Positions 19,430 through 29,329 of a stretch of DNA of 64,000 bases are shown here, piece after piece. Positions within the stretch are counted from its first letter, which is position 1, and every line of letters begins with the position of its first letter. Under the pieces are notes generated by a model, which searched no databases, was not told the origin of the DNA, and worked only from the letters and a program-made list of their open reading frames with translations. The position numbers were made by a program, and so were the translations under genes. Source of the DNA: a bacterium (GTDB taxonomy: Bacteria > SAR324 > NAC60-12); contig CBDBHR010000029.1 in the NCBI GenBank assembly GCA_965205865.1, positions 96,001 to 160,000 on the forward strand, written 5' to 3'.

Positions 19430-20295
19430 AGGGATGACCGGGTGTGACCAATTCATCAACCAGCGCTTCATCTTCAGCAGTGAAGGTATAATTGAGAGCG
19501 CCTAGGTATTCGTCCCACTGAGTTTCCGTCCGGGGACCGGAAATAGTACCTGTCACCAACCGATTATTCAACACCCAGGCGACTGCAAACTGGCCTGCCG
19601 TGATGCCGCGCTCTTCTGCATGGATTTTGAATTTTTGCGCAATCGTCAGGGATTCTTCCCGCCATTCCGTCTGCAACATCCGTCTGTCCTGGCGTCCTGC
19701 CCTGGTTCCTTCGGGAGCTTCCAAATTGACGCCATACTTGCCGGTCAAGACTCCACGTGCCAATGGGCTGTAAGGGAAAACACCCAAGCCGTAATAATGA
19801 CAAGCCGGTAAGTGCTCGGCTTCCGGCATACGGTTCATGGCATTGTAGGAGGGTTGACTGACCACCGGACGGTCGATTCCCAGTTGATCACAAAGATGTA
19901 CCATCTCAGCAACTCGCCATGAGCGGAAATTGCTTAACCCAAAATGAAGAATTTTTCCCTGCCGGATCAAATCTCCGATGGCGTGCGCAGTCTCTTCCAA
20001 TGGCGTGGAGGGGTCTTCTCTGTGTAAATAGTAGATATCGATATAGTTGGTTCCCAATCGTTTTAAACTGTTCTCGGCAGCTTCCATGATCCATTTGCGG
20101 TTCAACCCCTTTTGGTTGGGACTCTCTCCCATGGGATTGGCCACTTTGGTGGCGAGCACCCACCATGAACGATCCTCAGCAATGAGTTTTCCGGTGACCT
20201 CTTCGGAAATTCCCTTGTTGTAGACGTCTGCTGTGTCAATGAAATTGATGCCAGAGTTTCGTGCGCTGTCCGTGATTCGTTTAGAGGTGGCGACG
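19374..20295 (-). pseudogene. Aldo/keto reductase lacking its N-terminus
   Basis: The frame extends upstream to 'GINFIDTADVYNKGISE...LATK', with 'DIYYLH' and 'YSPLARGVLTGKY' downstream. No start codon or N-terminal 'LG..GLKVS.LCLG' segment is present. Confidence 0.8.
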
Positions 20296-20526
20296 GGAAA
20301 AGCTTTTTCACTTGACAGGTTTACAAGATAATTGCTAATTGATGATTTTCTGCCGTTATATTACCCAGCCAGGGTTTAACATCCGGCTTCTTGCGGCATT
20401 GTTAAAAAAGTAACACTCCATGATACCCTTGGCTTGGTGGGGTAGGTCATTAAAAATTTTAATAATTGGTTGGAGGATCGTTATCTCCATCAGCAATTGT
20501 CACAGAGTTGAAATATAGCAGATGCT

Positions 20527-21546
20527 ATGAAATGGACAGTGGCGACATTAGCGAAGCAATTGGAGCTCACCTTTGCTGGCGATGGCAGTAAAAAAATCAC
20601 TCATGCATGCGGTTTGGAAAGCAATATCCCTCACGGAATCTCTTATGTGGAAAATGAAAATTTTGTCGCAAGAGCTCTCGGTTCGACAGTGGAAATCCTT
20701 ATTAGTCAGGAGCCTGTCGAGTTGCCGGGAAAAATCCGCATTTTCGCTCCCTTTCCTAAACTCACCATGATTACGGTGACGCAGCTATTGCATCCCGACA
20801 AAACCTTTCCGCATCATATACACCACTCTGTAGTTCAGGGACAGGGCGTGCAGTTGGGGAAAAACATTTACATAGGAGCCGGTGTAACTATCGGTCACGG
20901 CACAAAGATTGGTGAGAATTCTGTGGTTATGGAAGGAACTGTCATCGGAGATGATTGCGAAATCGGCAGAGAATGCCAAATTCATTCTAATGTGACTATT
21001 CTGGACGGTACTCGTGTTGGCAATCGAGTGGTGATCAATGCCGGTAGCGTCGTGGGATCGCAAGGATTCGGATTTGTAACCCACCAGGGCAAGCATCACA
21101 AAATTCCTCAAGTGGGCAAGGTGCGCATTGAAGACGACGTGGAGATTGGGGCATGCAATACAATAGATCGGGGACGGTTTGGAATCACCCGCATCGGACG
21201 TGGTACAAAAACCGACAACTTGGTCCATATCGGACATAACGTGGAAATTGGAGAAGATTCCTTGATAGTCGGCATGGTTGGATTTGCCGGAAGCACCAAA
21301 ACAGGACACCATCTGACAATAGGAGGACAGGCGATGCTGGATGGGCATTTGACCCTCGGCAATCATGTCACGGTGAGTGCCAAATCGTTGTTGGCCAAGA
21401 ACGTGGGAGATGGCGAACATTATTCCGGTATCCCCGCACGGCCCCACCAAAAGTGGTTGCGGGCAAATGGCTATCTCTATAGATTGCAACAGATATTTGA
21501 GTTTATCAAAAAATTCAAGAAAGACCCTTTGCCTGAAGAAGAGTAA
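20527..21546 (+). CDS. lpxD: UDP-3-O-acylglucosamine N-acyltransferase
   Basis: Hexapeptide repeats, 'GSQGFGF', 'KIPQVGKVRIEDDVEIGA...IDRG' and 'DNLVHIGHNV'. Confidence 0.95.
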   Translation: MKWTVATLAKQLELTFAGDGSKKITHACGLESNIPHGISYVENENFVARALGSTVEILISQEPVELPGKIRIFAPFPKLTMITVTQLLHPDKTFPHHIHHSVVQGQGVQLGKNIYIGAGVTIGHGTKIGENSVVMEGTVIGDDCEIGRECQIHSNVTILDGTRVGNRVVINAGSVVGSQGFGFVTHQGKHHKIPQVGKVRIEDDVEIGACNTIDRGRFGITRIGRGTKTDNLVHIGHNVEIGEDSLIVGMVGFAGSTKTGHHLTIGGQAMLDGHLTLGNHVTVSAKSLLAKNVGDGEHYSGIPARPHQKWLRANGYLYRLQQIFEFIKKFKKDPLPEEE

Positions 21547-21557
21547 TCCGGACTCTC

Positions 21558-22040
21558 CTAACAGCCCGTGGTGGCGGCCATGCGGATCGCAGTTTCCCGT
21601 CCCCGGTAATAACCGGGAATTCGCTTGATTTCCCGATAACCCAATGCGTGATAAAAAGCCAACCCCTCCTCATTGGTTTCGCGAAGTTCCAAAAAAATGT
21701 TAGGAATACCTATCGCTGCTGCTGAGGATTTTACAAATGTCACCAAGTCCTGTCCGATTCCTTTACGTTGATAGGATTTCGAGACAGCCAGCAAATCCAA
21801 ATGGGCGGTCTTATCCAGAAATCTCGTGATGGTAAAACCTTGTACTTTTTGTTCAGCCCTTGCCACCACGACCATAGAGCTTGTCAGGCAAATGTGCTTA
21901 CTCACCCGCGCCGGTGTCCAGGACCAACCCAAGCCATCCTCTATGAGATCCCGGGAGAGGAAGGCAATCGTTTCTGCGTCTTCCGGCTTTCCCAATTCCA
22001 GTTTGACACCTTGATGTTGGCTAAAACGCGTTAAATACAT
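21558..22040 (-). CDS. GNAT N-acetyltransferase (RimI-like)
   Basis: 'LAVSKSYQRKGIG', 'FLELRETN..GLAFYHALGY' and 'PGYY'. Confidence 0.85.
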   Translation of the reverse strand: MYLTRFSQHQGVKLELGKPEDAETIAFLSRDLIEDGLGWSWTPARVSKHICLTSSMVVVARAEQKVQGFTITRFLDKTAHLDLLAVSKSYQRKGIGQDLVTFVKSSAAAIGIPNIFLELRETNEEGLAFYHALGYREIKRIPGYYRGRETAIRMAATTGC

Positions 22041-22954
22041 TGAAATCCTTGAAATGGCATTCCCGGAGGCCTCTGTAGCCAATTGTCCGCGGGATAATCG
22101 CATTCGGCATCAATCACGTGGATGGAATAAGCATGCCTGGAACGTGAAGTACGATTCTCCCGGCTCATGTGAGGGAGTGAACCATGGAGGATGATCAGGC
22201 TGCCTTGCGGGACCTCGAGGGGAATCAGTTTTTCCATGGGCCAGGGGCCTTTATCATAGATTTCAAATTGCGACTTCCCTCGTGGCTTTCTCAAGAATCG
22301 GGACTTGATTCCGGCATGGTGAACTCCTGGCAAAACCCACAGGCAGCCATTCTCGATCGTTGCGTCTTGTAGAGCAAACCATAAACCGACGACACTCATA
22401 GGCTCTGTGTAGAGAAAGCTGCTGTCCTGGTGGCATTGCACCTCTCCTCCAATACGAGGCTGTTTGAAAATATACATGGATTGCGCCAGCAGAGGAGTCT
22501 TGATTCCCAAATCCCGGACAATCTCTTCCAGGTGTTTATTGCAAGAGAATTGCCGAAATAGCGGGTCCAGTTCATGAAGCGCGTGGCCAATCTTATTGAT
22601 TGATTGTTCTTTAGCTTGTTTTAGTTGCCCCTCTGCAGTGAAACCATCTTCCTCAAAGAAAAAACGGATCTTGTCCCCGGATTCCATGAAGTACGTATCG
22701 GAAGTCTCAGTTTGATTTTTAGTTGAAAAAATGGAAATCGATTCGGGTTCGAATTGATGCGCTAATTCGTTGGCTCTCTGGCGCAATCCCTTGCAGAAAA
22801 TCGGGTCCACAAAATCTTCGAGGTACAAATAGCCATTTTCATGGAAAAACCGGGTTTGTCGTATACTCAAATACAATGGATCTGCTTGCATTTTATCAAG
22901 ATCAGGACTGTTTTTTAAAAGAGAAAGGTCTTCAGAACTCCTCTCCGGGGTCAA
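22031..22954 (-). CDS. Phytanoyl-CoA dioxygenase family (PHYHD1-like) 2OG-Fe(II) oxygenase
   Basis: 'QSMYIFKQPRIGGEVQCHQD', 'NGCLWV' and 'PHMS..N...SRHAY'. The start may be 22891. Confidence 0.9.
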   Translation of the reverse strand: MTPERSSEDLSLLKNSPDLDKMQADPLYLSIRQTRFFHENGYLYLEDFVDPIFCKGLRQRANELAHQFEPESISIFSTKNQTETSDTYFMESGDKIRFFFEEDGFTAEGQLKQAKEQSINKIGHALHELDPLFRQFSCNKHLEEIVRDLGIKTPLLAQSMYIFKQPRIGGEVQCHQDSSFLYTEPMSVVGLWFALQDATIENGCLWVLPGVHHAGIKSRFLRKPRGKSQFEIYDKGPWPMEKLIPLEVPQGSLIILHGSLPHMSRENRTSRSRHAYSIHVIDAECDYPADNWLQRPPGMPFQGFQCI

Positions 22955-23360
22955 AATTACGCGTCTTTTTGATTTGAGCTCTTCGGTTTTTTTTCTCTAT
23001 CCTTTTTTGCAATGTTGCCAAGCTTGGTTTTGTGGGTTTGCGGCGTTTTGGTTGGACCAGGGCTTCGCGTATCAGTGATCTCAGCCTGTCTAAGGCGTCC
23101 TGGCGGTTTTGTGTCTGGGTGCGGAATTTTTTGGCTTCGATAAGAAGTACGTCTTTTTCCGTAACCCGGCGTCCGCAGATTTGAATCAACCGTTTTTTAA
23201 CGTCTTTCCTGAGCACTCCGCTATTTCCGATATCAAAACGAAGCTGTACGGCGGTATTGACTTTATTGACGTTCTGCCCTCCAGGACCAGTGGCTTTGAC
23301 GAATTCCAACCGGATTTCATTTTCGGGAATGGAAAAGGATTTGTTGATGATGATGGCCAT
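22932..23360 (-). CDS. arfB: Alternative ribosome rescue peptidyl-tRNA hydrolase
   Basis: 'GPGGQNVNKV' GGQ motif and basic C-terminal tail. Confidence 0.93.
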   Translation of the reverse strand: MAIIINKSFSIPENEIRLEFVKATGPGGQNVNKVNTAVQLRFDIGNSGVLRKDVKKRLIQICGRRVTEKDVLLIEAKKFRTQTQNRQDALDRLRSLIREALVQPKRRKPTKPSLATLQKRIEKKNRRAQIKKTRNFDPGEEF

Positions 23361-23719
23361 TGAATTTCACAAAAAAATGTCGTTGCAGTGGAACAATTAC
23401 AAAGTACTTTGAGTGGGTCGCCGGAAAAGCTGTTCATCGGGATGTAGCTTGCGGACAGTGTCCTAATTCGCTTCCGGATTGCTGCGCGACGCTGCCAGTT
23501 GCCAATCTAGCATTGAAATTGAAACTTGACAACCACTTGGATTCGCATGCCGAATGCGGCTCCCTTTTTTAAATTAGGCGATGTTCCTCACAACATATCG
23601 CTGGCAATTGATCCTGACCTCCATATAGGATAACCTGTATGGAAATAGCATTTTACGAGGAATTTATATGATTAACTGATGTTACGCGCACGGATTTTGC
23701 AGTTATGCGTCTCATCGAG

Positions 23720-23806
23720 TTGTCATTCCTGCGAAGCTTGTCCTCGCGAGGATGACATATACGCTAGGATACTCATATTATTGAAGATTTATGTCGAACT
23801 CAGGTT
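23720..23806. repeat. Right-half fragment of the TAACCTGAGTTCGA MITE
   Basis: TGTCATTCCTGCGA...CGCGAGGATGACATATACGCTAGGATACTCATATTATTGAAGATTTATGTCGAACTCAGGTT matches the copies at 4982 and 51107. Confidence 0.8.
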
Positions 23807-23888
23807 GATTTAATAATTTCTGCCTCCGGTGAAATTTTAAAGCCTACTAATACAGATACAGGAAAATCTCGAAAGCGGGGAGAAACCA

Positions 23889-25061
23889 GTGAGTAAATTT
23901 CAATTGAAAGTAATTTCCAATAACAAAGAGTCATGGCCATTCATGCGAGGCATCCTGACCCATTCCCTCGTCCAGCATGGCATGGAATTCAATAAAGCCT
24001 ACAATGTCGCCCAACAGGTCAAACGGAGCTTGTCTGGCAAGGAAGCCATTGCCAAGGAAGAGTTGAGAACGATCGTAGAAAACGAAATCAAAGACAAATT
24101 GGGTCAAGATGACCTGAAAAAATTCAAGCAACCACTGGATATGTCTCTGTCAACGATCAAGGTGGTATCTGAGGATTCCAGTGCTCCGTTTTCCAAAGGG
24201 TTGCTCGCTCGCTCGCTCATGGCAGCAGGAATTCCGCCCAATCATACCCATCAGATGGCGCAGGAAATTCAACAGAAGCTGTACCAGGATCAAATCCTGG
24301 AAATCACCACTAAAAATTTGTATAAGCGCACTTATCGAAAAGTCCTCAATGAATCAGGAGAAGAAACGGCAGAGTTTTATAAACTGGCCACCAGCATCAA
24401 CCGCATGGATCGTCCGATGATCATCTACATAGGCGGCGGCATTGGCGCGGGCAAATCCTCCTTGGCGACCGAATTGGCTTCCCGTTTGGATATTTCGAAG
24501 GTCACCGGAACGGACATGATTCGCCAGATAATGCGTACGATTTTCACGGAACAAATGCTGCCCACTTTGCACAGTTCTTCCTTTGATTTCATCGGAGATA
24601 TTCCCAAAATCTCGCATACGGATAATACAAAAGAGGGATTTATCGCCCAGGCGGTCAATGTCAACGTAGGTGTGCGCGCCATGGTGGAACGCGCTATCAA
24701 TGAAAATATAAATATGATCCTGGAAGGTGTCCATTTGTTACCTTCTTTGATCCATTTCGAAGATTTGGCCAATAAAGCCTACCATATCCCAGTGGTGATC
24801 TCATTGAGTAATGACAAAAGTCACCGAGCACGATTCAATATTCGTCAAAAGCGAGCATTCAACCGCAAGGCGCAACGCTATGAGGAATACTTCGAAAGAA
24901 TTCGGCAAATTCATGATTATTGTATCGAAACAGCGGGAAAGCACGGAGTCGACATCATTGAGAATGAGGACTTTGATCGCTCCATCAACCAATTGGTGCG
25001 CATGGTGATCACCAAATTGCTCCAACAAATCGGTTCCGGTCGTAAACCTTCAAAGCCATAA
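23889..25061 (+). CDS. 2-phosphoglycerate kinase family protein (two ATP-cone-like repeats + P-loop kinase)
   Basis: 'PFMRGILTHSL' and 'PFSKGLLARSL' cones, Walker A GGGIGAGKS, 'TDMIRQIMR', 'PTLHSSSF' and 'LEGVHL'. Confidence 0.8.
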   Translation: MSKFQLKVISNNKESWPFMRGILTHSLVQHGMEFNKAYNVAQQVKRSLSGKEAIAKEELRTIVENEIKDKLGQDDLKKFKQPLDMSLSTIKVVSEDSSAPFSKGLLARSLMAAGIPPNHTHQMAQEIQQKLYQDQILEITTKNLYKRTYRKVLNESGEETAEFYKLATSINRMDRPMIIYIGGGIGAGKSSLATELASRLDISKVTGTDMIRQIMRTIFTEQMLPTLHSSSFDFIGDIPKISHTDNTKEGFIAQAVNVNVGVRAMVERAINENINMILEGVHLLPSLIHFEDLANKAYHIPVVISLSNDKSHRARFNIRQKRAFNRKAQRYEEYFERIRQIHDYCIETAGKHGVDIIENEDFDRSINQLVRMVITKLLQQIGSGRKPSKP

Positions 25062-25066
25062 CAAGG

Positions 25067-26323
25067 ATGAGATACCCAACTTTAATTCTGATCTTGGATG
25101 GGCTCGGAGACGAACCTTTGGAAGAGTTGGAAAACCGTACACCTTTGCAGGCGGCCCGTATTCCAACATTTGACTGGTTAGCAAAAAAAGGGCAATGCGG
25201 TCTCATTGATCCCCTCGGCAATGGAAAGCCCGCAAACACGACTGAAGGCATTTTAGGGCTCTTGGGATACAATCCGCATGTTTACCCGGTCGGACGGGGA
25301 GTGGTCGAAGCCTTGGGAGCCGGGATTCAACTGCAAAATGGGGATATTGCCCTGCGAGGCAATTTGGCTTGCCTGGATGATGGCAATAGAGTGCGAGACC
25401 GGCGGGCAGGTCGCATCCGTGAAGAAGCCGGGGAACTTTTGCAGGCCCTTGGCCAAATCCGGACGCCGCCGGAGGTAGAAATTCTTATTGGAGCAGGGAC
25501 GGAACACCGTTTTGCCTTGGTCATGCGAGGAGAAGGCCTTTCCGAACAAATATTGGGAAGCGATCCCAAAGATGGCAACCCCAACGGATTCCGCATTTCC
25601 CCCTCTTCCCTGAATTCTTCGAACCCTTTGGCGCGAAAGACTGCGAAAATGTTGGATCAGTTCGAAAAGCATGCGCAACAGGTATTGTCGAAACATCCAA
25701 TCAATCACCAACGAATCCGACAAGCGCGTTTGCCTGCTAACGCGATTTTAACGCGTGATCCGGGGAAGGCGGTTCAACTTCCTCCACTTCGCTTGAGGAA
25801 TCAGTCCTTGCGGGGAATGTGCATTGGTGGAGACAAGATCATACTTGGCGTGGCGAAGCTACTCGGTATGGAGTATTATTGGGCAGAGCAAATGACAGCC
25901 AATCTTGATACGGACTTATCGATAAAATTCAATCATGCTTTGAAATGCTTACATCATTATGACCTGGTCGTCCTTCATATCAAAGGTTGTGACATTGCTG
26001 CTCATGATCGTCAGGCTCGCAAAAAACTAGGTTTTATTGAGAAAATTGATCAAGCTCTGGCAGCTTTTTTAGAAGAATTGACTGCCGACAAGGACTATTT
26101 AGCGATTCGAATTGGTATCACGGCAGATCATTGCACTTCCAGTAAAAAAGGCTATCATATCAGCGACCCAGTGCCCGTTATCATTCATCATCCGGAGCAA
26201 CCTGCCGATTCGGTTGAGGGATTTGATGAATTGCAAGTCGCCCCGGGAATCCTGGGTCGATTCCAGAGTGATCAACTGTTGGAAAAATTATGGCACGGAA
26301 CGAGACCTTCTTCCCGGCAGTGA
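25067..26323 (+). CDS. apgM: Archaeal-type cofactor-independent phosphoglycerate mutase family protein
   Basis: 'LDGLGDEP...TPLQAA', 'GRGVVEALG', 'DRRAGRI', 'HIKGCDIAAHD' and 'TADHCT...HISDPVP'. Confidence 0.8.
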   Translation: MRYPTLILILDGLGDEPLEELENRTPLQAARIPTFDWLAKKGQCGLIDPLGNGKPANTTEGILGLLGYNPHVYPVGRGVVEALGAGIQLQNGDIALRGNLACLDDGNRVRDRRAGRIREEAGELLQALGQIRTPPEVEILIGAGTEHRFALVMRGEGLSEQILGSDPKDGNPNGFRISPSSLNSSNPLARKTAKMLDQFEKHAQQVLSKHPINHQRIRQARLPANAILTRDPGKAVQLPPLRLRNQSLRGMCIGGDKIILGVAKLLGMEYYWAEQMTANLDTDLSIKFNHALKCLHHYDLVVLHIKGCDIAAHDRQARKKLGFIEKIDQALAAFLEELTADKDYLAIRIGITADHCTSSKKGYHISDPVPVIIHHPEQPADSVEGFDELQVAPGILGRFQSDQLLEKLWHGTRPSSRQ

Positions 26324-26395
26324 TGTGTTTTCGACAGGCTTCCCATTGTTTTACCAGAGCGACCGTCTTTTCAACTCTTTATACCAAAGAAACTC

Positions 26396-27283
26396 ATGTT
26401 GATTGAAGGAAAAACCAAACGTATAGTACCCGGACCGCAACCCGGAACAATTCTCATGGAAACAAAAGATGAATTGACCGGGGGCGATGCGGCAAAAAAG
26501 GCGAGAATCTCGGGTATCGCCGCACACAAGACTCAACAAACTGCCAATGTGTTTCGCTACCTGCGACGGAAGGGAATTCCGGTTGCATTCATCGAACAGC
26601 CAGAACCCGCGTCTTTGTTGTGTGACGCTTGTGACATGATTCCTTTGGAACTGGTCATGCGACGTTATGCTTGGGGTAGTTACCTCAAACGAGAACCATC
26701 ATTTCAACAGTCTGATGGTACAGCCTATCGCTTTGAAGATATCCTTTGTGAATTCTTTCACAAATGGGCTGTGGTTACCGACCCTTTAGCTGATCCTCCT
26801 TTGCAAATGGACGAAAACCAGGCGCGTTCTTTATATCTCGAGGAAGGTAACTGGCCCGAAGGAGTCTATACGGATCCCTACTTGTACATAGTCAATGACA
26901 GGTGGCAGTTACACCCTGCCAAATTAAATTTTGATGCCACAAAACCGCTGATGATCATCGAAGCGATGATTGCGGTGGAGGAACGACAGCGGATAATCCA
27001 TAATTTGATGCTACCCTGCTTCCACTCGCTGGAAAAGGCTTGGAGTGATGTGCAAACTCAACATGGCGCGGTGGCATTGGTGGATCTCAAAATTGAAGTG
27101 GGACGCCGTCAAAATGATGGAGAAATTGTCATTGCCGACGTGATCGACAATGACAGTTGGAGGATTTGGCCTGGAGGGGACCCCAAAAGGCAGTTGGATA
27201 AGCAAAATTTCCGAGACGGACACCCCCTGAGCATGATTGCTGATAATTATGCATTGGTCGCGGAATTGACTCAGCAGTTTTAA
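26396..27283 (+). CDS. purC: SAICAR synthetase (PAICS-like subtype with insertion)
   Basis: 'EGKTK', 'KDELTGGD', 'MIPLELVMRR..WGSY', 'LVDLKIE.G' and 'ADVIDNDSWRIWP...DKQ.FRD'. Confidence 0.85.
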   Translation: MLIEGKTKRIVPGPQPGTILMETKDELTGGDAAKKARISGIAAHKTQQTANVFRYLRRKGIPVAFIEQPEPASLLCDACDMIPLELVMRRYAWGSYLKREPSFQQSDGTAYRFEDILCEFFHKWAVVTDPLADPPLQMDENQARSLYLEEGNWPEGVYTDPYLYIVNDRWQLHPAKLNFDATKPLMIIEAMIAVEERQRIIHNLMLPCFHSLEKAWSDVQTQHGAVALVDLKIEVGRRQNDGEIVIADVIDNDSWRIWPGGDPKRQLDKQNFRDGHPLSMIADNYALVAELTQQF

Positions 27284-27285
27284 AG

Positions 27286-28641
27286 GTGAGTGCTGTGTCT
27301 GAATCCTTGAAGCACCTTTCCTATGATTTAGCATATACTGTATTTTTTCCCCTCACCGGTAATCCGGCAGGGTTCCATCATCTGCTTTTGGCAGAATGCG
27401 TTCTACGGCAATTCCCGAAGTTGCAAAAAATCATTTTCATTCTGTCAAACGGCAGGCATCCGGATCCCACCAAAGAGCAAAAGATAATGGGTCAACAACT
27501 CCGTTTGGAAATTTTGAGAAATGCGCTTCAAGAGTTTGCTTTTCCTTCTGTCAGCTTTCTTGCAAAAGTTGCTCATGCAGACCAATTTTCATTTAAACTG
27601 GGGGAACAGAATACTTTCATATGCGAAGCAGAATTCGAAAGGAGCAATTCTATTCCACTTGCCGAGCACGTTGATCAACTCAAGCAAAACGCGTCCCCTG
27701 CCTCTTACAATCATCCAGTGCAAATAATTCTTGGAGACGATCTGGTGGGACGTATGCGTAGTCCTGAAATCTTCAATGATTCAGATCTTCTCCTGCTTGC
27801 TGAGAATAGTCGATTTTTGATTGCGCCTCGGGAAAAACAGGTAGTCGCTTCATCCATTGAATCATTAAAACAAGTTCGTGATGTTTCCCTTCAATACCAG
27901 GAAATTCGATTCGAACTGCTTCCAAAGACATTGCATCCTTGGCTGGATTTGTCTTCAACGCTGATTCGCCAAATGGCGCAGGCCGGGCATGTTTTAACTT
28001 GCTTTCTCCCCGACAGCGCTGCCCGGGTGGTGGAACAAAACAATCTCTTCCGGCATCCTCCTAAATCTTTTGATTGCAGTGAATGGGAACAAGCATGTCG
28101 CCAGCAGGAGCTGCTTCTTGATCAATTGGCGCACCAACTGGAAGATTTGCTCAACCGACGGGCTGACCGGCAGTTGCCTCATACGATTTCTATTGTGGAA
28201 ACCAGTACTGGTGGTCGATTGACGGCTGCTCTAGCGGCTTTACCCGGGATATCCCGGCATCTCCAGGAAGGCGCGATCCTCTATAATCAGAAATCCAAGG
28301 AGCGATTGTTAGGAAAATCGATGCCAGAGTCTACGGTTACTGAAGAAGTGGCAATGCAGCTTGCAATAGCATTCCAAGAGCAGAGTCAGGCGGATTTTGT
28401 CCTGGTGGAAACCGGAGTGGCCGGTCCGTCTCATGGGAAAAGACGCAGCTGCAAGCAAGGAGTATGTGAGATTGCGTTGGCTACTCCGAAAACCATCATG
28501 CATCTCCGTCATCAGAGTCACCCTTTTCTCACAAAAAAAGAACATCAACTGCGCTTTGCAATTGCCGCGCTGGAATGGCTAAGGAACACTCTTGAAAAAA
28601 TAGATGAAAGTCCGACTGGCAACGGACCTGAAGAACTATGA
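27286..28641 (+). CDS. NadD-like nucleotidyltransferase fused to CinA/PncC-like domain
   Basis: N-half has 'TGNPAGFHHLLLAE', 'HPDPTK', 'ILGDD' and 'LSSTLIR'. C-half has 'SIVETSTGGRL...PGISR...Y..KSK...ETGVAGP'. Confidence 0.7.
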   Translation: MSAVSESLKHLSYDLAYTVFFPLTGNPAGFHHLLLAECVLRQFPKLQKIIFILSNGRHPDPTKEQKIMGQQLRLEILRNALQEFAFPSVSFLAKVAHADQFSFKLGEQNTFICEAEFERSNSIPLAEHVDQLKQNASPASYNHPVQIILGDDLVGRMRSPEIFNDSDLLLLAENSRFLIAPREKQVVASSIESLKQVRDVSLQYQEIRFELLPKTLHPWLDLSSTLIRQMAQAGHVLTCFLPDSAARVVEQNNLFRHPPKSFDCSEWEQACRQQELLLDQLAHQLEDLLNRRADRQLPHTISIVETSTGGRLTAALAALPGISRHLQEGAILYNQKSKERLLGKSMPESTVTEEVAMQLAIAFQEQSQADFVLVETGVAGPSHGKRRSCKQGVCEIALATPKTIMHLRHQSHPFLTKKEHQLRFAIAALEWLRNTLEKIDESPTGNGPEEL

Positions 28642-28711
28642 CGTCATACGGAATATTGCGAGATTTTCGTTCAAACGCCGACTGTCAAAGCAAACAAAAA
28701 GAAAATTTCTG

Positions 28712-29329
28712 ATGATTTCCGCAATTGTACTTGCCGCTGGTGAATCAAAAAGAATGGGAAGACCAAACAAACTGCTGCTTCCATTTGATGGGAAAGCACT
28801 CGTTGCTCACCTGGTGGATGCTATTCTGGCCTCCAATGTCCGTGAAACCTTGGTGATCTTGGGGTACGAAGCAGCATTCGTGAAAAATGCGCTGCGCAGT
28901 CGAAAAGTACGTTTTGTGGAAAATCAACATTATCTGCAAGGGATGACCACGTCCATTCAGGCAGGGGTGCGCGAGGTGGATGCCGGGTCAAAAGGAATCA
29001 TGGTCTGTCTTTCTGATTTACCACTGGTGCAAACCGGAGAATTGAATAAGCTGATTCTTGAGTTTGAAGAAGCCTGCCTCACCAACAGAAAACAGATCGT
29101 TCTGCCCAGCTACCAAGGACAACGTGGTAATCCTGTAATTTTTTCGGTATATTATAAATCTCGGATCCTGAAACATGGGGAAGAGAATGGTTGCCGGGGA
29201 TTGATCCACCAGTATAAGGATCAAGTGCATGCTGTCGAAATGCTGACTTCCCACGTCCTGACCGATATTGATACGAAAACAGACTACGAAATACTTGTTT
29301 CAGGTAACACGCAGGAACACAATGAGTGA
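28712..29329 (+). CDS. MocA/MobA-like NTP transferase (molybdenum cofactor cytidylyltransferase type)
   Basis: 'LAAGESKRMG.PNKLLL', 'LSDLP', 'GNPVIF' and 'DIDT'. Overlaps xdhC. Confidence 0.85.
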   Translation: MISAIVLAAGESKRMGRPNKLLLPFDGKALVAHLVDAILASNVRETLVILGYEAAFVKNALRSRKVRFVENQHYLQGMTTSIQAGVREVDAGSKGIMVCLSDLPLVQTGELNKLILEFEEACLTNRKQIVLPSYQGQRGNPVIFSVYYKSRILKHGEENGCRGLIHQYKDQVHAVEMLTSHVLTDIDTKTDYEILVSGNTQEHNE

